A stretch of 64,000 bases of DNA, taken from assembly GCF_006345805.1 (NCBI RefSeq), contig NC_042998.1:99200001-99264000 (forward strand), in the 5' to 3' direction. Shown here in pieces: positions 1 to 13,251 of the stretch. The position numbers and the translations under genes are program-made. Every line of letters starts with the position of its first letter. Position 1 is the stretch's first letter. Origin of the DNA: Octopus sinensis (Eukaryota). A model generated the notes under the pieces. That model was not told the origin of the DNA, did no database searches, and worked only from the letters and a program-made list of their open reading frames with translations.

Positions 1-790
1 GACCGGAGAAAATCCAGTTTTGTTTTGAAGACACCTACATCCAACCCATGCAAGTCTCTCAGGCATTATGGAAGGATATTGAAGAGCTGTGGACCTTTGA
101 AACACAAGCTGTTGCAGTATCACGTCCTGCAGATGGAGATGCTGGGATCATTGACAGTATGCTGTGGTGCCCTATTCTGCTGTGTATGTAACTTTCAATG
201 CCAAAGTTTGATACAAGGCCTTTCAGGATTTTCCAGATGCATATCATTGCATATCTTTCCTGCTTTCATTCTAGAGAGAAGAGTTTTAATTCTTTCAGTC
301 TTTCCCAGTAGTTGATATGTTGCATTAAGGCAATTTTCTTTGTGTAGCTTCATTAGATTGCTTCAAGTTCCACTGTTAATTTTATATTGTGTGGTGACCA
401 TAGTTGGGACCAGTAGTCCAAGTGGCTGAGGAAGTATGTCCTCCAAAGGACCATCATTGTTTCCTTTTCTCTTGTTTTGAAAGTTCAGAGGATCCATCCA
501 ACTAGCCATCTGCATTTTATTACCAAATTGGTAATATGCACTTGTAAAGATGCATCATTGCTCATGTCAATGCCCAGGTCACACACTGATCTTGATTCAG
601 GGATTACAATTCCTCCTGGGCCAGTGTATACTGTCTGCATGTTATTCAGCTTTGTGTACTGGTAGTACAAGGCTTGGAATTTTCCTGCATTAAACTGCAT
701 GTTGTTGTCCTCAGCCCACCTGTATATTGCATCCAACTCCCATTGCAGAGGTGCAATATTTCCTGGATTTTGTATTATCTGAGAGCCTTT
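1..790 (-). mobile_element. Degraded CR1/L2-like LINE, RT C-terminal region
   Basis: ORF 485-736 reads IYRWAEDNNMQFNAGKFQAL...DLGIDMSNDASLQVHI, followed by LSHLDYWSQLWSP-type sequence with frameshifts. Confidence 0.85.
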
Positions 791-1031
791 TGTGTCATCT
801 CCATAGCTAGCAAGGGTGAGAAAATATGAAATGCTTCATGAATTTGCCTGTCATCCTCGTACAGGGGCAATGCTAATCTTCTTTGCATCATTCCAATTTT
901 AGAATATGTACTGCCATAGCTAGCATGGCATATTAGGTAAAACAAACTAAAAAAACTTAACATGTAGATGTAATTTTTCTTTCTCCATGAAAACATCAAA
1001 ATCTAGCTTACAGACATAGCTATATTATTAA

Positions 1032-1181
1032 CCCTTTTGGTAACATTCCACCTGTATGTTAATTTATGCTCCATACACCAGCTAAATAATGACATAGTTA
1101 TTTTTCTAAGTTCTTAATTCTCTTCAAAATTCATTGAAACAAAGACAGGGTAATTTTAACAGAAACATAGTAATAAAGAGG
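1032..1181. mobile_element. piggyBac-like MITE
   Basis: TTAA|CCCTTT...AAAGAGG|TTAA termini with TTAA at 1028-1031 and 1182-1185. Confidence 0.55.
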
Positions 1182-1564
1182 TTAAATGTTAACTTGCATG
1201 AGGATTTTGTTTAAGAGTTCTGATAAGAGAAGTCTTTTAATGGGGTGGTTTATGGAAATGTTGAATGGTTATTGAAGTATCTCGAAAGCTTTTAATCCAT
1301 GGGACATATATGAAATCAAAAATGGTTGTTATGTTGTGAAAATGAAAAAGATATGATATCAAACCCAAATGAAGTTAAATTAATGGATTAGAATTTCAAT
1401 TATTTTGTGTGTTGATATAGATCCAACTGATGGTGATGAGTGAAATGATCAATGGAATTAATAATCATCATATTGAAAAGCTAGAAGTCTAACAAAGTTC
1501 TGTTTCCAAAACTAGTGCTGAATGTTATTAGAAATATTGGCATTATTAGGCAACAAATAAGTCA

Positions 1565-1680
1565 CAAACTGGCAGAATCATTTGCATGCCAGACAAAATT
1601 CTATTTTGTCTATCTTTACGTTCTAAGTTCAAATTCCACCAAGTTGACTTTGCCTTTCATCCTTTTGGGGTGATTCAATT
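1565..1680 (+). mobile_element. SINE fragment, family with GCCTTTCATCCTTT core
   Basis: CTGGCAGAATC...GTTCAAATTCC...TTTGCCTTTCATCC. Homologous to copies at 42225-42435 and 51940-52760. Confidence 0.7.
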
Positions 1681-2339
1681 TCTTGTGCTTATAGCATAAA
1701 AGAGTAGAAAAGATAGTAGGCAGTGATTAAAATTCTAAAACTATATAAAGCAATGCTTTTTTTATGTTTTCTTAACATTTTTGTGTCAGAAGACTCTTCT
1801 CTTATTCTTTCGTAAACACATCATTCTCTTCTCTTCACAACAACATTCAACAGCTACTGCAGTGCACCAACTCCAGATATATTTGTAAACCAAACATCTA
1901 CAATGGTGACCAAACTGATGTACAAAAAAATTTATGCTGGTAACCTGAATGGAAGAGCACGTTGTAATTTCTGCCTTCAACAAGTTAGACTACACCACCT
2001 TGGCTCTCCTACCTTTTCATATTCCATCTACATTTTGTTGGTGATTCAAAGTCAGGCATCTTCTGTTTTTCGTTTTGCATTATAAACCATCGTTTCACTC
2101 ACACAGCAATCCTGTTCACGAAATTTTAAAATGTTGTTTTCTGCACATCAGCAGTGACAGCATCTGTCCAGCAGTCTGTGTCGCTAGAGGTCCAGTACTT
2201 AGTTAACCATATTGTTGTGAACAGCACCTGTATGCAGTGCCTCCCACCAGAGATAGTACAGGTAATATGGGATCCGCTGACGTTCTCACTTTACACTGTC
2301 TTCTATAAAACACTGAGAAGAGGACTGAATAAGTAGATG

Positions 2340-3040
2340 CCTGGTTCCCAACATTGTTTATTTCAGAAGAGCAGGGTGACAAAAAACTCTCTCGATTTTT
2401 ACGAGCACTAGTGGATCGGTCAGCGGTGAAAAAGAAACGATTAGGTTCGCAAGTGCCAGGTGCAAATGTCGCTGTATCATTTCCTTAATAATAAAAAGAT
2501 TACTTGTGAAAAAGAACAAATAGCGTACAATGACCAACGTCCTAGCCGAATCTGTAGTGGTACCACCAGGAAACCTTGCCTGCCGGGCGAGAATGAGCGC
2601 CGAGTAAGAAAACACCACGATGTTGTTGCGAAGCCTCTCTATGTTCAATGTTTTGAAGCTGCACCGTAAACACTTGCATGTACATTTATATCCGTAACCT
2701 CAAGCTAAACTCGAAAGGCCTTCACTTCATAGGAGGAGGGTGGGGGGAAGAAGAAGAAGAAGAAGAAGCAGACGACGACGACGACGACGATGATTCTGAA
2801 ATATATGTAGTATAGGTATTATATGGACCACAAGCAACAGGTGTGTCGCGATTTCTGCAATCAGACCCGGCGACCCAGTTAATTCTTCGATGGAAATTGA
2901 TTTTCTGGTGGATGCCAAATTCATTGCTGTTGTAGCAGAGCTTCTTGAAAAATAGTTGTTAAAATGTCCCCACTTACTGCAAGTTTTCTCTCCTTCTTTT
3001 TTGCAATGGTATCATCACCAATCTCCAACTAAATTTTTTC
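2340..3040 (-). mobile_element. Degraded Ty3/Gypsy gag and protease lead-in
   Basis: Minus strand gives LASTRKSISIEEL (gag helix, ~2880-2920), WWYHYRFG*DVGHC (CWYHxRFG motif, 2525-2568) and PNRFFFTADRST (protease lead-in, ~2405-2445). Confidence 0.65.
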
Positions 3041-3044
3041 TCTA

Positions 3045-4200
3045 TGACTCTTTCCTTGACAAATATGGAATCTACCCTCTCAACGAATGGTCAAATCTGT
3101 CTTGGATTTTCCTGCTCCAACTTCGTCGAGGAAATTGAGATTCTTGGTCTGATTAACTTATATCACTACTTCATTTCTCACTGTTCAGAATTTCATCAAT
3201 CCCTCGCATATATCTTCCGGGGTAGAACATTAGAGAACCAGCTCATCTTTCTTGATGATGCACAATCTGCTGCTTGTCTTAAAATTAAGAATATCTTGGA
3301 TGAAGCTTCTCTGACTATTCATCCCAACTTCGACGCATCAGTGTTAGACGATACGCAGGATGGCGGTGTGCGCGGCGTTCTCTCTCAATGCGTTAATGTT
3401 GTTCGGCATCGCGTTCTCTCTTCTCAAAGTGTCTCAAGCAGGTTGAAACAAAAATTCAATACTTTTGGGAGAGAACTGTTAGAAGTCTATTTTAGTATTA
3501 AATATGTTCCGTGCATGCTGGATGGTCCTGTCTTTAACATTTACACCGACCTCAAGTTTCTCGCTTACGCTTTCAAATTCAAACCTGATCGCCACTAGCC
3601 TAGTGAAATATGCCACTTCAATATACTGTAGAATACCATTAATATTCGTCACACTAAAGGTTCGGACAATTCTGCGACCGATACACTTTTTCGCGTCCAA
3701 TCCAACTTAATGCGCTGCACACTCGCGCGTTTATAGATCTGCAACAGCTTGCTACTGATCAAGAAAGGGACGAACGACTCTTCAAGCTTCAATATGCTTC
3801 TCTGGAATTTCAGTTTGTTCATTTCTTTCTCCAAGGAACGTTTGCTGTAAATTTTCTACTGGTCATGAACGCCCTTATGTGCCACACAAAAGCATAGATA
3901 TCATGTTGATTTTTGGTTCTGCATAATTTATCGCACTTTGACCGACTCTATACAGAAATTGATATCAGCCCGTTTGTATAGATTGGTCTTAACAAGGACA
4001 AGAAGCCATGTCGCATGTCAAAATACCCAGCTTCGGCTACACGTTAAAACACGTTTCGGCGCAATCTCAACTCCTGATACTCGTTTTCAGCAGTTGTACA
4101 TCGACAGCGTGATACTATTACCTCCTTCACAGAATTGTATATATACTAATTTGTGTTGACCGATTCTCCTTGTGGCCAGAAGTCATTCCTCTGTCGTCTC
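3045..4200 (+). mobile_element. Degraded Ty3/Gypsy pol: RT thumb/connection, RNase H, integrase N-terminus
   Basis: ORF 3044-3598 has LGLINLYHYFI, FDAS, TFGRELLEVY and IYTDLKFL. It continues IRHTKGSDNSATDTL, then RFQQLYIDSVILLPPSQ...VDRFSLWPEVIPL. Stops and frameshifts present. Confidence 0.9.
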
Positions 4201-4204
4201 TGCT

Positions 4205-4690
4205 GACATAAAAAAATCTTCATTAGATTGATAAAAGTAGTGCACAGGTTGCAGTATTGCTCTTGGCATTTTCCTTGGAGTTTGTGTACGGCGAAGTTCG
4301 TGCTCACAGTCCTATGATCAGCATGGAAGCTACATTGATTTTCCAGGAGCATGAGCAGGTTTTTGTTCTCGGTGTTCAAACAGGAGATTGAGCAGAACCC
4401 AGGCCAGGAACTTGCCAGCAGGTGGGAGATTCCTTTGTAGTTGTCTCAAGACAACGCCGGACAATGCTGGCATTTTCGTTTCTTCTCACATAGATTAGAA
4501 GAGGTCAGTCTTTATACATTTCAACAACAATGATGCCTGGACCAGAGATCTTGCCACTGCACATTTGTGGAATTGCTCTCATGACTTCTGGAAGTGTAGG
4601 TGATAAATTAAACTCGAGGTTCACTTCTACTTGTGACAGGCAAATACTATTGCCTGCCTACCACAGGTAGCCAGCAAATAGGATTCTCAT
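4205..4690 (-). mobile_element. RTE-clade LINE RT fragment
   Basis: ORF 4146-4379 LLENQCSFHADH..KLQGKCQEQYCNLCTTFINLMKIF matches the RTE pattern LPESQCGFR..QLQEKCREQ..LY..FVDL.KAFD. It truncates the Gypsy integrase. Confidence 0.85.
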
Positions 4691-5279
4691 TGACTGAGAA
4701 TGATTTTGAAGCACTGACTCTGGCTTTTATGAACCACTCAAAGTTTTGTAACTGTCGTATGAGTTAACAAGACACTTTGAAAAAGAAATAAAAACTGCGA
4801 AATATAATAGAACTGATACTGTAATCACGGGTTAATGAATAGTTGGATAGTTATGATGAATGTTTGGGCTGAAAGCTTCATTTTCTCTTAATTTTCAATC
4901 GGTGTTGCTGCTTTGAGAAAAAGAAAAACGTAAAATCCTTTATGAAGTCTATGGTATCATATTAGCGTTAAATTATTAGCTTGTCAATAAAAAAAAACTA
5001 TCAATTAGTAACGACTTATTGGGTTGGAAAAGTTCTTTTTGTCTTTTTCTTTGAAGTATTTTTCTCGATTCAGTCTCTAATGATTTTTTTCTATAAATCG
5101 TGAGACTGTTTTCTTTGTGATTTCATGTTTACTAATGTTATTCTGTTCAGACTTTCCTTTGCTCATATCGGAGAGCATATAATGATATAAAACGCTATTA
5201 AAAACTTCATGACTAACTTCTCTATTGATTCATATCTGATGCAAGAAAGAAACTTCCGAGTAATGTATTGGGAAGAACA

Positions 5280-5678
5280 ATGAATAAGTCAAATCGGCAT
5301 TTTACTAGTAGCAACGACTTACCAGCAATTGACCAATCAGATTGATTTACGTCACGCACGCTCCACCCACTTGTTCGGATATAGCACACTAGTCGATTAC
5401 GTAAGATCAAGTCCCACCTACTGAGCAAAATGCGCTGTACTAGACAACTGCGACAGTAACAGCTGCCCTGCCGCCCCCACTGTTGCTGTTGTTGGGTGCC
5501 CCTACATAGCGCGCTGGAACCGATCCTCTTCGACTATGGCTAAGGCGATGGCGGTGATGCGTAAGGGATTACCACCGCTGCTGACGCGCTAAATCTCGAT
5601 ACTGGGTGGATGTATTAGTGGTGCTGGGCATAAGCTGTCCAGTCGTCCCAGTCCAACTGGTGGAGGTGGTAACTAACA
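5280..5678 (+). promoter_or_regulatory. Putative promoter/5' UTR of the ankyrin gene
   Basis: Local GC/CpG enrichment, CCAAT box (GACCAATCAG, CCAAT 5333-5337), CRE/ATF-like TTACGTCA (5347-5354), CCACCC box (~5363) and GC box (~5470). The transcription start is not known. Confidence 0.65.
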
Positions 5679-5738
5679 ATGGGAAAGGAAGACGACTTAT
5701 TCAAAGCAGTGAAGCAGAATGATTACTACAAACTACAG
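5679..5738 (+). CDS. Coding exon 1 of an ankyrin-repeat protein, ANKS1/caskin-like (MGKEDDLFKAVKQNDYYKLQ)
   Basis: ATG at 5679 in ACAATGG context, 20 open codons, then CAG|GTAGGT donor (phase 0). The peptide resembles the N-termini of caskin (MGKEQELVQAVK) and ANKS1A (MGKEQELLEAAR). It follows a CpG-rich promoter. Too short for the ORF track. Confidence 0.85.
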
Positions 5739-8700
5739 GTAGGTAACATCAGACCTTGCTGAACCTTCAGTGTTGGTGTTGAATGTAGGAGACAGCGTAG
5801 AGAAAGAGCTAAACACGATAAGTCAACAACAGCAATGTTAGTATAAAACGAAAACAAGAATGGTTTGGTCTGTCTTGTTCTAACGCCGCTTCTATTTCCT
5901 TTTACAGCAGCAACCCTGTTAACTCTTTCAATTTGCGCTACCCTTTTCTATCTCTTGTCATTCTGTATGTCTGTCTCTCTCCCCCTCTTCCACCTCTCAC
6001 TTTCTCAACCGTCAGTTCGATATCGTGTTAAATAACAGTTCTTCCATCACTTGTTGTTCTGGTGTCTTCCAGAAATCAATCGCTTAGAGTTTTAGTGTTT
6101 CACTACTGTTGATTAGTGTTTCGTTACTGTTTTAGTATTTCGTTGTTGCTGACTAATATTTTCTAACTATTTAGTTCTAATTATACTACTACACATTCTC
6201 ACTTGAATTTCTGACCCTTTACTGTCCCGATCAAGCCGTTTTCCCGACTTCTAAATAAAGAGGGGTTTTGTTTTGGCTTTTCTTCTTTTCTTTTCTTCTT
6301 TTCAACGAGTATGTTGAGAAAGTCTTTTAAACCATTCCCTGAACAGCTAATTTCAAATTTTTTTAAAAATTTAAATTTATATAATATTTATCAATCTTTT
6401 ATATCTCTTGGAAGCGACCCTTTTACCAAAATATTTTGTATACACATAAACACACAAATATTTACACATACAAATAAATAGAGATAGATAGATAGATACA
6501 AACATACATACATACATACATGCTCATTTATGTTTATACATACATATATCAGTATGTATCACCAGTGCCCTTGAGAAAGGTATGAATGACCCAACTTCCT
6601 ATGTTCCGGTTTATAAAATTCTTGGACTTGTATGCATTATTATGACTACAAAAACAATAAGGTCACTTTAACCAACAGCATTACACATGAATACACACGC
6701 GCACAAAGAACTGTATGAACTTAGTTACATCTTATCGTTTGTTCCGTTGCTCTGTTCGCAATTTTCCCCATCAATACAACCTATCATCAACGTCAATCCT
6801 ACGAGGAAATCTTTACGTGGTCTCTCTCCTGCTAGAAGCTTACTGCCAAATGTTCTTCAATTACATCCAACAAGTCTTACAAAAGAACACGTTGTATATA
6901 TTGTGATCCTGAATTTCGTGGATATACGAAAAAGATGGAATTGTCATAGCGGGATAGCTTTTGATCATGTCTGCACAGTCAGGGTTGACCTGGGGCTAAA
7001 CAATTACACATCAACAACGTCTTTCTTATAGAAGTTAACTTTCTTGCCACTAGATAGCAACTGGTGATGATGATGATAATGATGTTGTTGATGGTGATGA
7101 CGATGACGATGATGATGGTGGTGGTGGTGGTGGTAATGATGATGATGATGATGATGATATTGCTGTAGTGGTAATCACAATAGGACTCTTAATGACAGAA
7201 TCACCTTTAAAATGGTAGAGGTGGTCTCTCTCTCATTCTGTCTTTCTCTCTCTATTCGATATCCATCATCTTGACACCTATATTTCTTTGTCTATAACGC
7301 CTCGTTTCTCACAACTGAAAATACTTACTCGTCAAAAATATTAATTATCGATTAGGTACGAAGCTACAAGTTTAAAAAGAGGTAAAAATTGGGATGCTGT
7401 AACGTTAATGCTTTTCTCCAAAGAGCAAATACGATGTAGGTAGAATGGCTACAACCGTGACCACAAAAAAAAAAAAATTGTTATATTGACACAACGATCT
7501 GATTTACAAGGGATTGGGATGTTGTGGCGTACATAATGCATTAGCTCAAGTCTCGTGAAAGGGGTTCCAACCGGAACTAATCAAATAATAAAAACGAATA
7601 AATCCTTTAGTTAACAAGGGTTTTTCTCGCCAAATCTCAGACGTGTATCCAATTAATCCAGTATTTTGAACATCTATTGTTTAACTTCTCCCAGCGGTGT
7701 GTAGAAGTGTGAAGTAGATGGGGAGACTGAGTTACTAATTAGTTTTTTTTTTTTCGTTTTTTTTTTCCCGGCTATTTACTCATTGTTTCCCTTCAATATG
7801 TATTATTTATTTTAAACGGATAAAAGGGTCTCTTGATTTTTAAGCGTTGGCTGAAATCGACTACGATTTCTTCAATTTTAATGATTGCTATTCACATTCT
7901 TATTGTATGTCGCAAGTGCAACAATATTATAGACCAATTCAATGCGATACAAAACAAATAAACAAGAAATATAGAAGCAACGTGCGACACGATAAGGCTT
8001 TCATTTCTTTTCGCTAGGCTCAAAATCCCTACTCTGCGGGGATGGTAGTATAATCAGTTGAATCATGTCAATTGTTATCATTTAGCCCTAGGTCAATCTG
8101 CCTGTGAAGCCCTACGATCAAAAGTATTCTGGCCACGACAATCCTTTCTTTTTATTTTTCTAGTCGTAGTGTATCTAGGACTGCATTATCCAATGTGTCA
8201 TTTCTTTCTAAAGCAGTGAAGTGTAATTTTAGGAAGATTTGGCTGTTGTTTCCTGCAAGCCGAGTGCCTACTTAATATATCCGTGATGGTACTTATTCTA
8301 TCGACCCTTCATGGAGGAAAGGCGAAATCAAACCTGAATGATAAGTGATTAGGACTGATAAGTAATCGTGGGTAGGGGTTTAAGAACAAGTGTTGTTCCT
8401 TTTAACAAAAATACTCCGATCCATTCATTCTGTACACGCGTTTCGATAAACGGAAAAGGAAAATAGATAGACAGACAGATCGATAGATATAAATATATAT
8501 ACAGGCCGATAGATAAGTATACAGATAGATCGATGACGATAATTATATAGATAAATATACTGACAGAAAGTTACACAGATAGGTGAACACAGACTAACAG
8601 ACATATTAGTTCTCGCCTGGACAGTTCAGCATCAGTTCCCGATAAGCAAGATGTAAAAGGTCACTAATGTCTGGGTCGTTATCCAGTGACGGGGGCGGGA

Positions 8701-9228
8701 AATATTTTTTCCTTTCACCCAAACTGCGCTTTCACACTCATCCGTTCTCTCCAGCTTTGCTAAATGATTAACTCTTTTCCTGCATTAGGCATAGACAAAG
8801 ACATGGTTGTTTATTTATTTATTTTCGACTCTTTTTGGAACCGTCTTTTCGGATTTAGTAAACAAATACCTTTTAACGATAGCAGATCTTTTTACTTCTT
8901 GACTACTACTCCTTTTAAATACACCCTTTTGAATAAAATCTTCCTTAGCGATGTAATATACATTAATACTTATTTATTTCCTCGTCATTGTTGATTCCTC
9001 ATCTATTGCCAATCTTACTATTTAGTAGTACTAATCATAGGATGCGTCACCGACTCCCAACCTTTCTCTTTCCATCTCCTACACAATGGATAAACGAAGT
9101 CCAGGTTCAACTCTCCTACGCAAAGCACCAGACATTTTACGATTATTTGATTTTACACCGCACACATGTGTTTGTGTGTGTGTATACACATACATATACA
9201 TCACATGTATTTATATATTTATACATAC

Positions 9229-9231
<3 letters not shown>

Positions 9232-9314
<83 letters not shown>

Positions 9315-9326
9315 GAGAGAGAGAGA
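9232..9326. repeat. (TA)n then (GA)n microsatellite
   Basis: Directly visible. Confidence 0.95.
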
Positions 9327-9559
9327 GGCCTTTGAGCCACTCTGTAAGTTCTGCCAATTATTAATAAAATATATATATTGTACAACGTATATAATAGTAG
9401 TATTATATATAGGGTGGGTGGAGAGCGCTCTTTCTGTGTTTTTCTACTGCTAACCCTTAACAAATGGCAATACCTATAAGATTTTCATGGTTTATGTCTT
9501 GGTGGTATACTATTTCTCTCTTTCCTCTTTTCTTCCTTTCTTTTTATCCATCTATCTAT

Positions 9560-9560
9560 C

Positions 9561-9633
<73 letters not shown>

Positions 9634-9700
9634 GGGTGGAGAGAGAGATAGACAGACAGATAGATTGATATATACACACATCTGTGTGTGTGTGTGTGTG
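9560..9700. repeat. (GATA)n and (TG)n microsatellites
   Basis: Directly visible. Confidence 0.95.
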
Positions 9701-9993
9701 TGTTCACTATTAGCGTCAAAAATTACTTCCTCAATGGGTAAAGATATCAATTGCTTCTGAAACTAGAATTCCAAAGAATATTTCGTGAAAACCTTCCCGA
9801 AATTCCTTACAGTCTGGGGGAAGAGGTTGTGTGAAACGCGAAAGGGAAAGGCACAAACAGACTGTTTATGCTTACCGCCCGGTCACCCAGTCATACTTTT
9901 ACACACACTGAACACATTACTGCTTTACACAGACAGAAAGTATACCGTTCCACTGAAGCACAACCATTTCCGAATCCTAACTCTGTAGCTTGG

Positions 9994-10024
<31 letters not shown>

Positions 10025-10699
10025 CATAATTAGACAGACAGGCAGATAGATAGATAGATAGATAGATAGATGAAGATGATGACAGTTGTTCATATCCGAG
10101 GGTCATGAAGGAAAGCGGCAAGCCCTAAGAGACAATATAAACTGATCCTTGAACAACAGGCGTACCTGGGGCAAATATGTAGGCTTTGGTCAAGATGTGG
10201 GTCGTGGCATTGACGCTTTCCTCAGACGTTTATAAGTATGTATATATGTGCCCATGTGTCTTTGTTTATGTATGTGTGTGTGTCTGAGAAATAAATATTC
10301 TTTGTCGCTAATGCCACTCAGCTCGCTACTACGTCTTTAAGTTTCTAATCCAATTTCACTTTCTCTTAACATCACTAAACGTTATAAGAAAATGACACAT
10401 CACTCTCATTTTCTTCGTCCTTGTAAAATTTGGAGACTTAATGGAACTAATTTACCAAGAGATCGAAAACAACAACTTCTTTCTTCACACCTACTTTTCT
10501 TTTCTTTTTCTTCTTATCTCAAACTTCAAACTAGTCTATAACCAAAGGATTAACTTTATTTTTGAAGAGCAGACTATTTTCATTCAATAGAATGACAAAT
10601 TGTTTGTTGAACACTTTTTTTTTAAATTTCCATTGTAGTTGTAGTCTGATCACTCGAGACCTTCACTAATTACGTAAGATCGATACCTTTCTGGTTGAT

Positions 10700-10890
10700 G
10701 ATGTTTAGCCACAGGTCACCCCTGATCGAGCTGACCTATGATCAAAAGTATTCTAGCCACAACTATCCCACCTTTTTGATGTAAGACTACATGATTTCTG
10801 TTCTGTTCTTGTATAAGACGCCCCAGATGTAATTAGTAGTGAGTGAATTTGACTGCTATTTCAAATACGTAGAGGCTCCTTCATTGGCAC
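10700..10890 (+). repeat. Representative of a ~200-bp dispersed repeat family (about 15 or more copies in the window)
   Basis: TTTAGCCxCAGGTCA..GACCTATGATCAAA..GATTTGxCTGCTATTTC. Also seen at ~8070, 11960, 15245, 19575, 46975, 48275, 49160, 51600, 53625, 58975 (+) and ~6940, 17395, 27050, 40940, 55635 (-). Confidence 0.8.
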
Positions 10891-12787
10891 GTTGGCTTTA
10901 TTGTCAGTCGTTCTCGATTGTTTTTGCATGCTTGGCTTTACGATGCCAATTTTTATAGAATAAAACTTAAATTGAAACTTTTAATGAGTATTGCGGCGTG
11001 AACAGTATAGGGTTCTCAAAATCTTGTTAGGGGAATAGGTAGCCGATTACATCAACGACTCTGCCAGTTCGCCACCCCTTGGGTTTTTAAGTAATTCTTT
11101 CTACTTTAAGCACGGGGCCTAGAATTTTTTTTTTTTTTTTTCGGTGGAGTGAGGGCAAGTCGATTGCATTGATCCCTAGCACCTCGACGAAATGCCGTTA
11201 AGCATTTTGTCCGATGTGCTAACGCTTCTGCCAGCACGCCGCCTTTATGGTTTCTAAATACTATCAGCAGTTTCATCAAAGAACACGCGCATATACATGT
11301 ATCGTCTAACAAGCTGTCAGAAACGAGAAGTGTGCCAATGTTTATATGATATAATATATGTTTTATTACATTGCTAAAAACTGGTCGACAGTCCCTTGCT
11401 TTATAACTTGGGTATATGTGTTCGGGAGAGCAAAAGAAAATTGAGGCAAAAAGATGCATATATTGATGCCTATAATGCCTCACATATTTTTAGTTAGATT
11501 ACATCCACCCTGCATCATACGACTATTTATTTTATCGATACCCATAACAATATCAGCTTTCTACCGTCGTATTTCAATTCATACTGCTTACACACACAAA
11601 TGCGTCACAACAGGTTCTTATGTGCCTGCAATTCGCCCCTGCCCTCTACTAATAAAAGGTGCCCCTCCAAGCACAGTGGTTCCTTCTTTGGCCCCGTATA
11701 CATGCTTGTGTATGGATAGTATCCACCTCTACCCCTTCGAACCTGTTTGACAAGTGCAGTCAATTTGTTGACTTTCTGTGATTTGATAATACTCATCTGC
11801 AGGCGGTCACAACTGTTTTCAGACAATGTGTGGATGTTGTGGGGCTCCTGCTTTCATCAATGGTATTATTGGAGTAAGTTAAAGTTGTTACAATTGGAAA
11901 TCAGACTGAGACTTAGAGATCCTTTTTCCCAAGAGATTACCACCAGTGCTATAGCGCTCACTCTGTCTTGTTTAACCTCAGATTACCCCTGACCGAGCAA
12001 ATTTATTTCAACTAAGACTGTTCCGTAATTTTTTTTTTCAGGGCTACACCTCCAGCGTGTCATTTTCTTTTAATGGTAGGGTATGATCTGCAGGAGATAT
12101 GTCTAGCATGTAGAGGCTTCTTCACTGGCTCGAGTATGTGTGTTTTCTGCGTGTAATCATAACTACCAGAGTAGCAAAGTCATATTGTTTCATGCAGAAT
12201 TCCTCTCTACTATTTTGTTGAGGGCACTACCATCTTTCAGGATCATACATATTGATTTATCTTTTCATAGATATATGGCCATAATTTTTATCTTGTTTGA
12301 GGAGTGAGTGGGAGCAGTCAATTAGTTCATTCCAAGACTTGGCCGGTGCTTATTTTATCAACCTAAATCCTAGAAGAATGAATAAAAATATCGTCTTTGG
12401 TGAAGATCCAAACTCTAAATGCAAAGGGATATTGCAAAACACTTTGTTCCCTGTTCTTCTGATTCTGCCAATTCTCTAATCTCTAGAAATATTTGTCAGA
12501 GAGACCATGTGACTGCACGTAGAAAGTTATCCAGAGTGTAAACCTGGGCAAGTTTTCTTCTTTATTTTCCAAAGATGACCACCAGTTTCCTATACATGAA
12601 AGTTTTCCATCTAGCTATTAATGTTGTCCAAGACCAAAAGCAAGGTCTGATACAGTTTGGCACCATTGATTTCATTGGTAATGTCAGAATGTAAAGAGCT
12701 ACAACAAATTTCACAAGTCATTTTGCCCAATCTGCAAATAATTCTACTAATCCACTTAACCTGGACTCATTATCTTTAAAATATAGG

Positions 12788-13251
12788 TGCAGGAGTGGCT
12801 GTGTGGTGAGAAGCTTGCTTCCCAATCACATGGTTCCAGATACAGTCTCACTGCATGGCACCTTGAGCAAGTGTCTTCTACTATAGCCTTGAGCTGACCA
12901 AAGCCTTGTGAGTGGATTTGGTGGACAGAAACTGAGAGAAGCCCGTCGTGTATATATATATGTATATATATATATATATATACACATACACACATATAAA
13001 TATATATATGTATATACATATATATACATATATATGTATGTATATATTTGTGTGTGTGTCTGTGTTTGACTCCCACCATTGCTTGTCAACCGATGTTAGT
13101 GTGTTTACATCCCCTTGTAACTTAGCAGCTTGGCAAAAGAGTCCAATAGAATAAGTACTAGGCTTACAAAGAATAAGTCCTGGGATTGATTTGTTTGACT
13201 AAAGGTGGTGCTCCAGATGGCCGCAGTCAAATGACTGAAACAAGTAAAAAA
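12788..13251 (+). mobile_element. tRNA-derived SINE with central (TA/TG)n (family A), near full length
   Basis: A-box-like TGGCTGTGTGG, B-box-like region, GGCACCTTGRGCAAGTGTCTTCTACTATAGCC core, internal microsatellite and ...TGACTGAAACAAGTAAAA tail. Confidence 0.85.

Noticed and set aside
1790-2330. Possible LTR of the Gypsy remnant
   Set aside because: No second copy, primer-binding site or polypurine tract could be identified.
3044-3598. 184-aa ORF as a host or domesticated gene
   Set aside because: It is a decayed Gypsy RNase H region with altered catalytic motifs and flanking stops/frameshifts.
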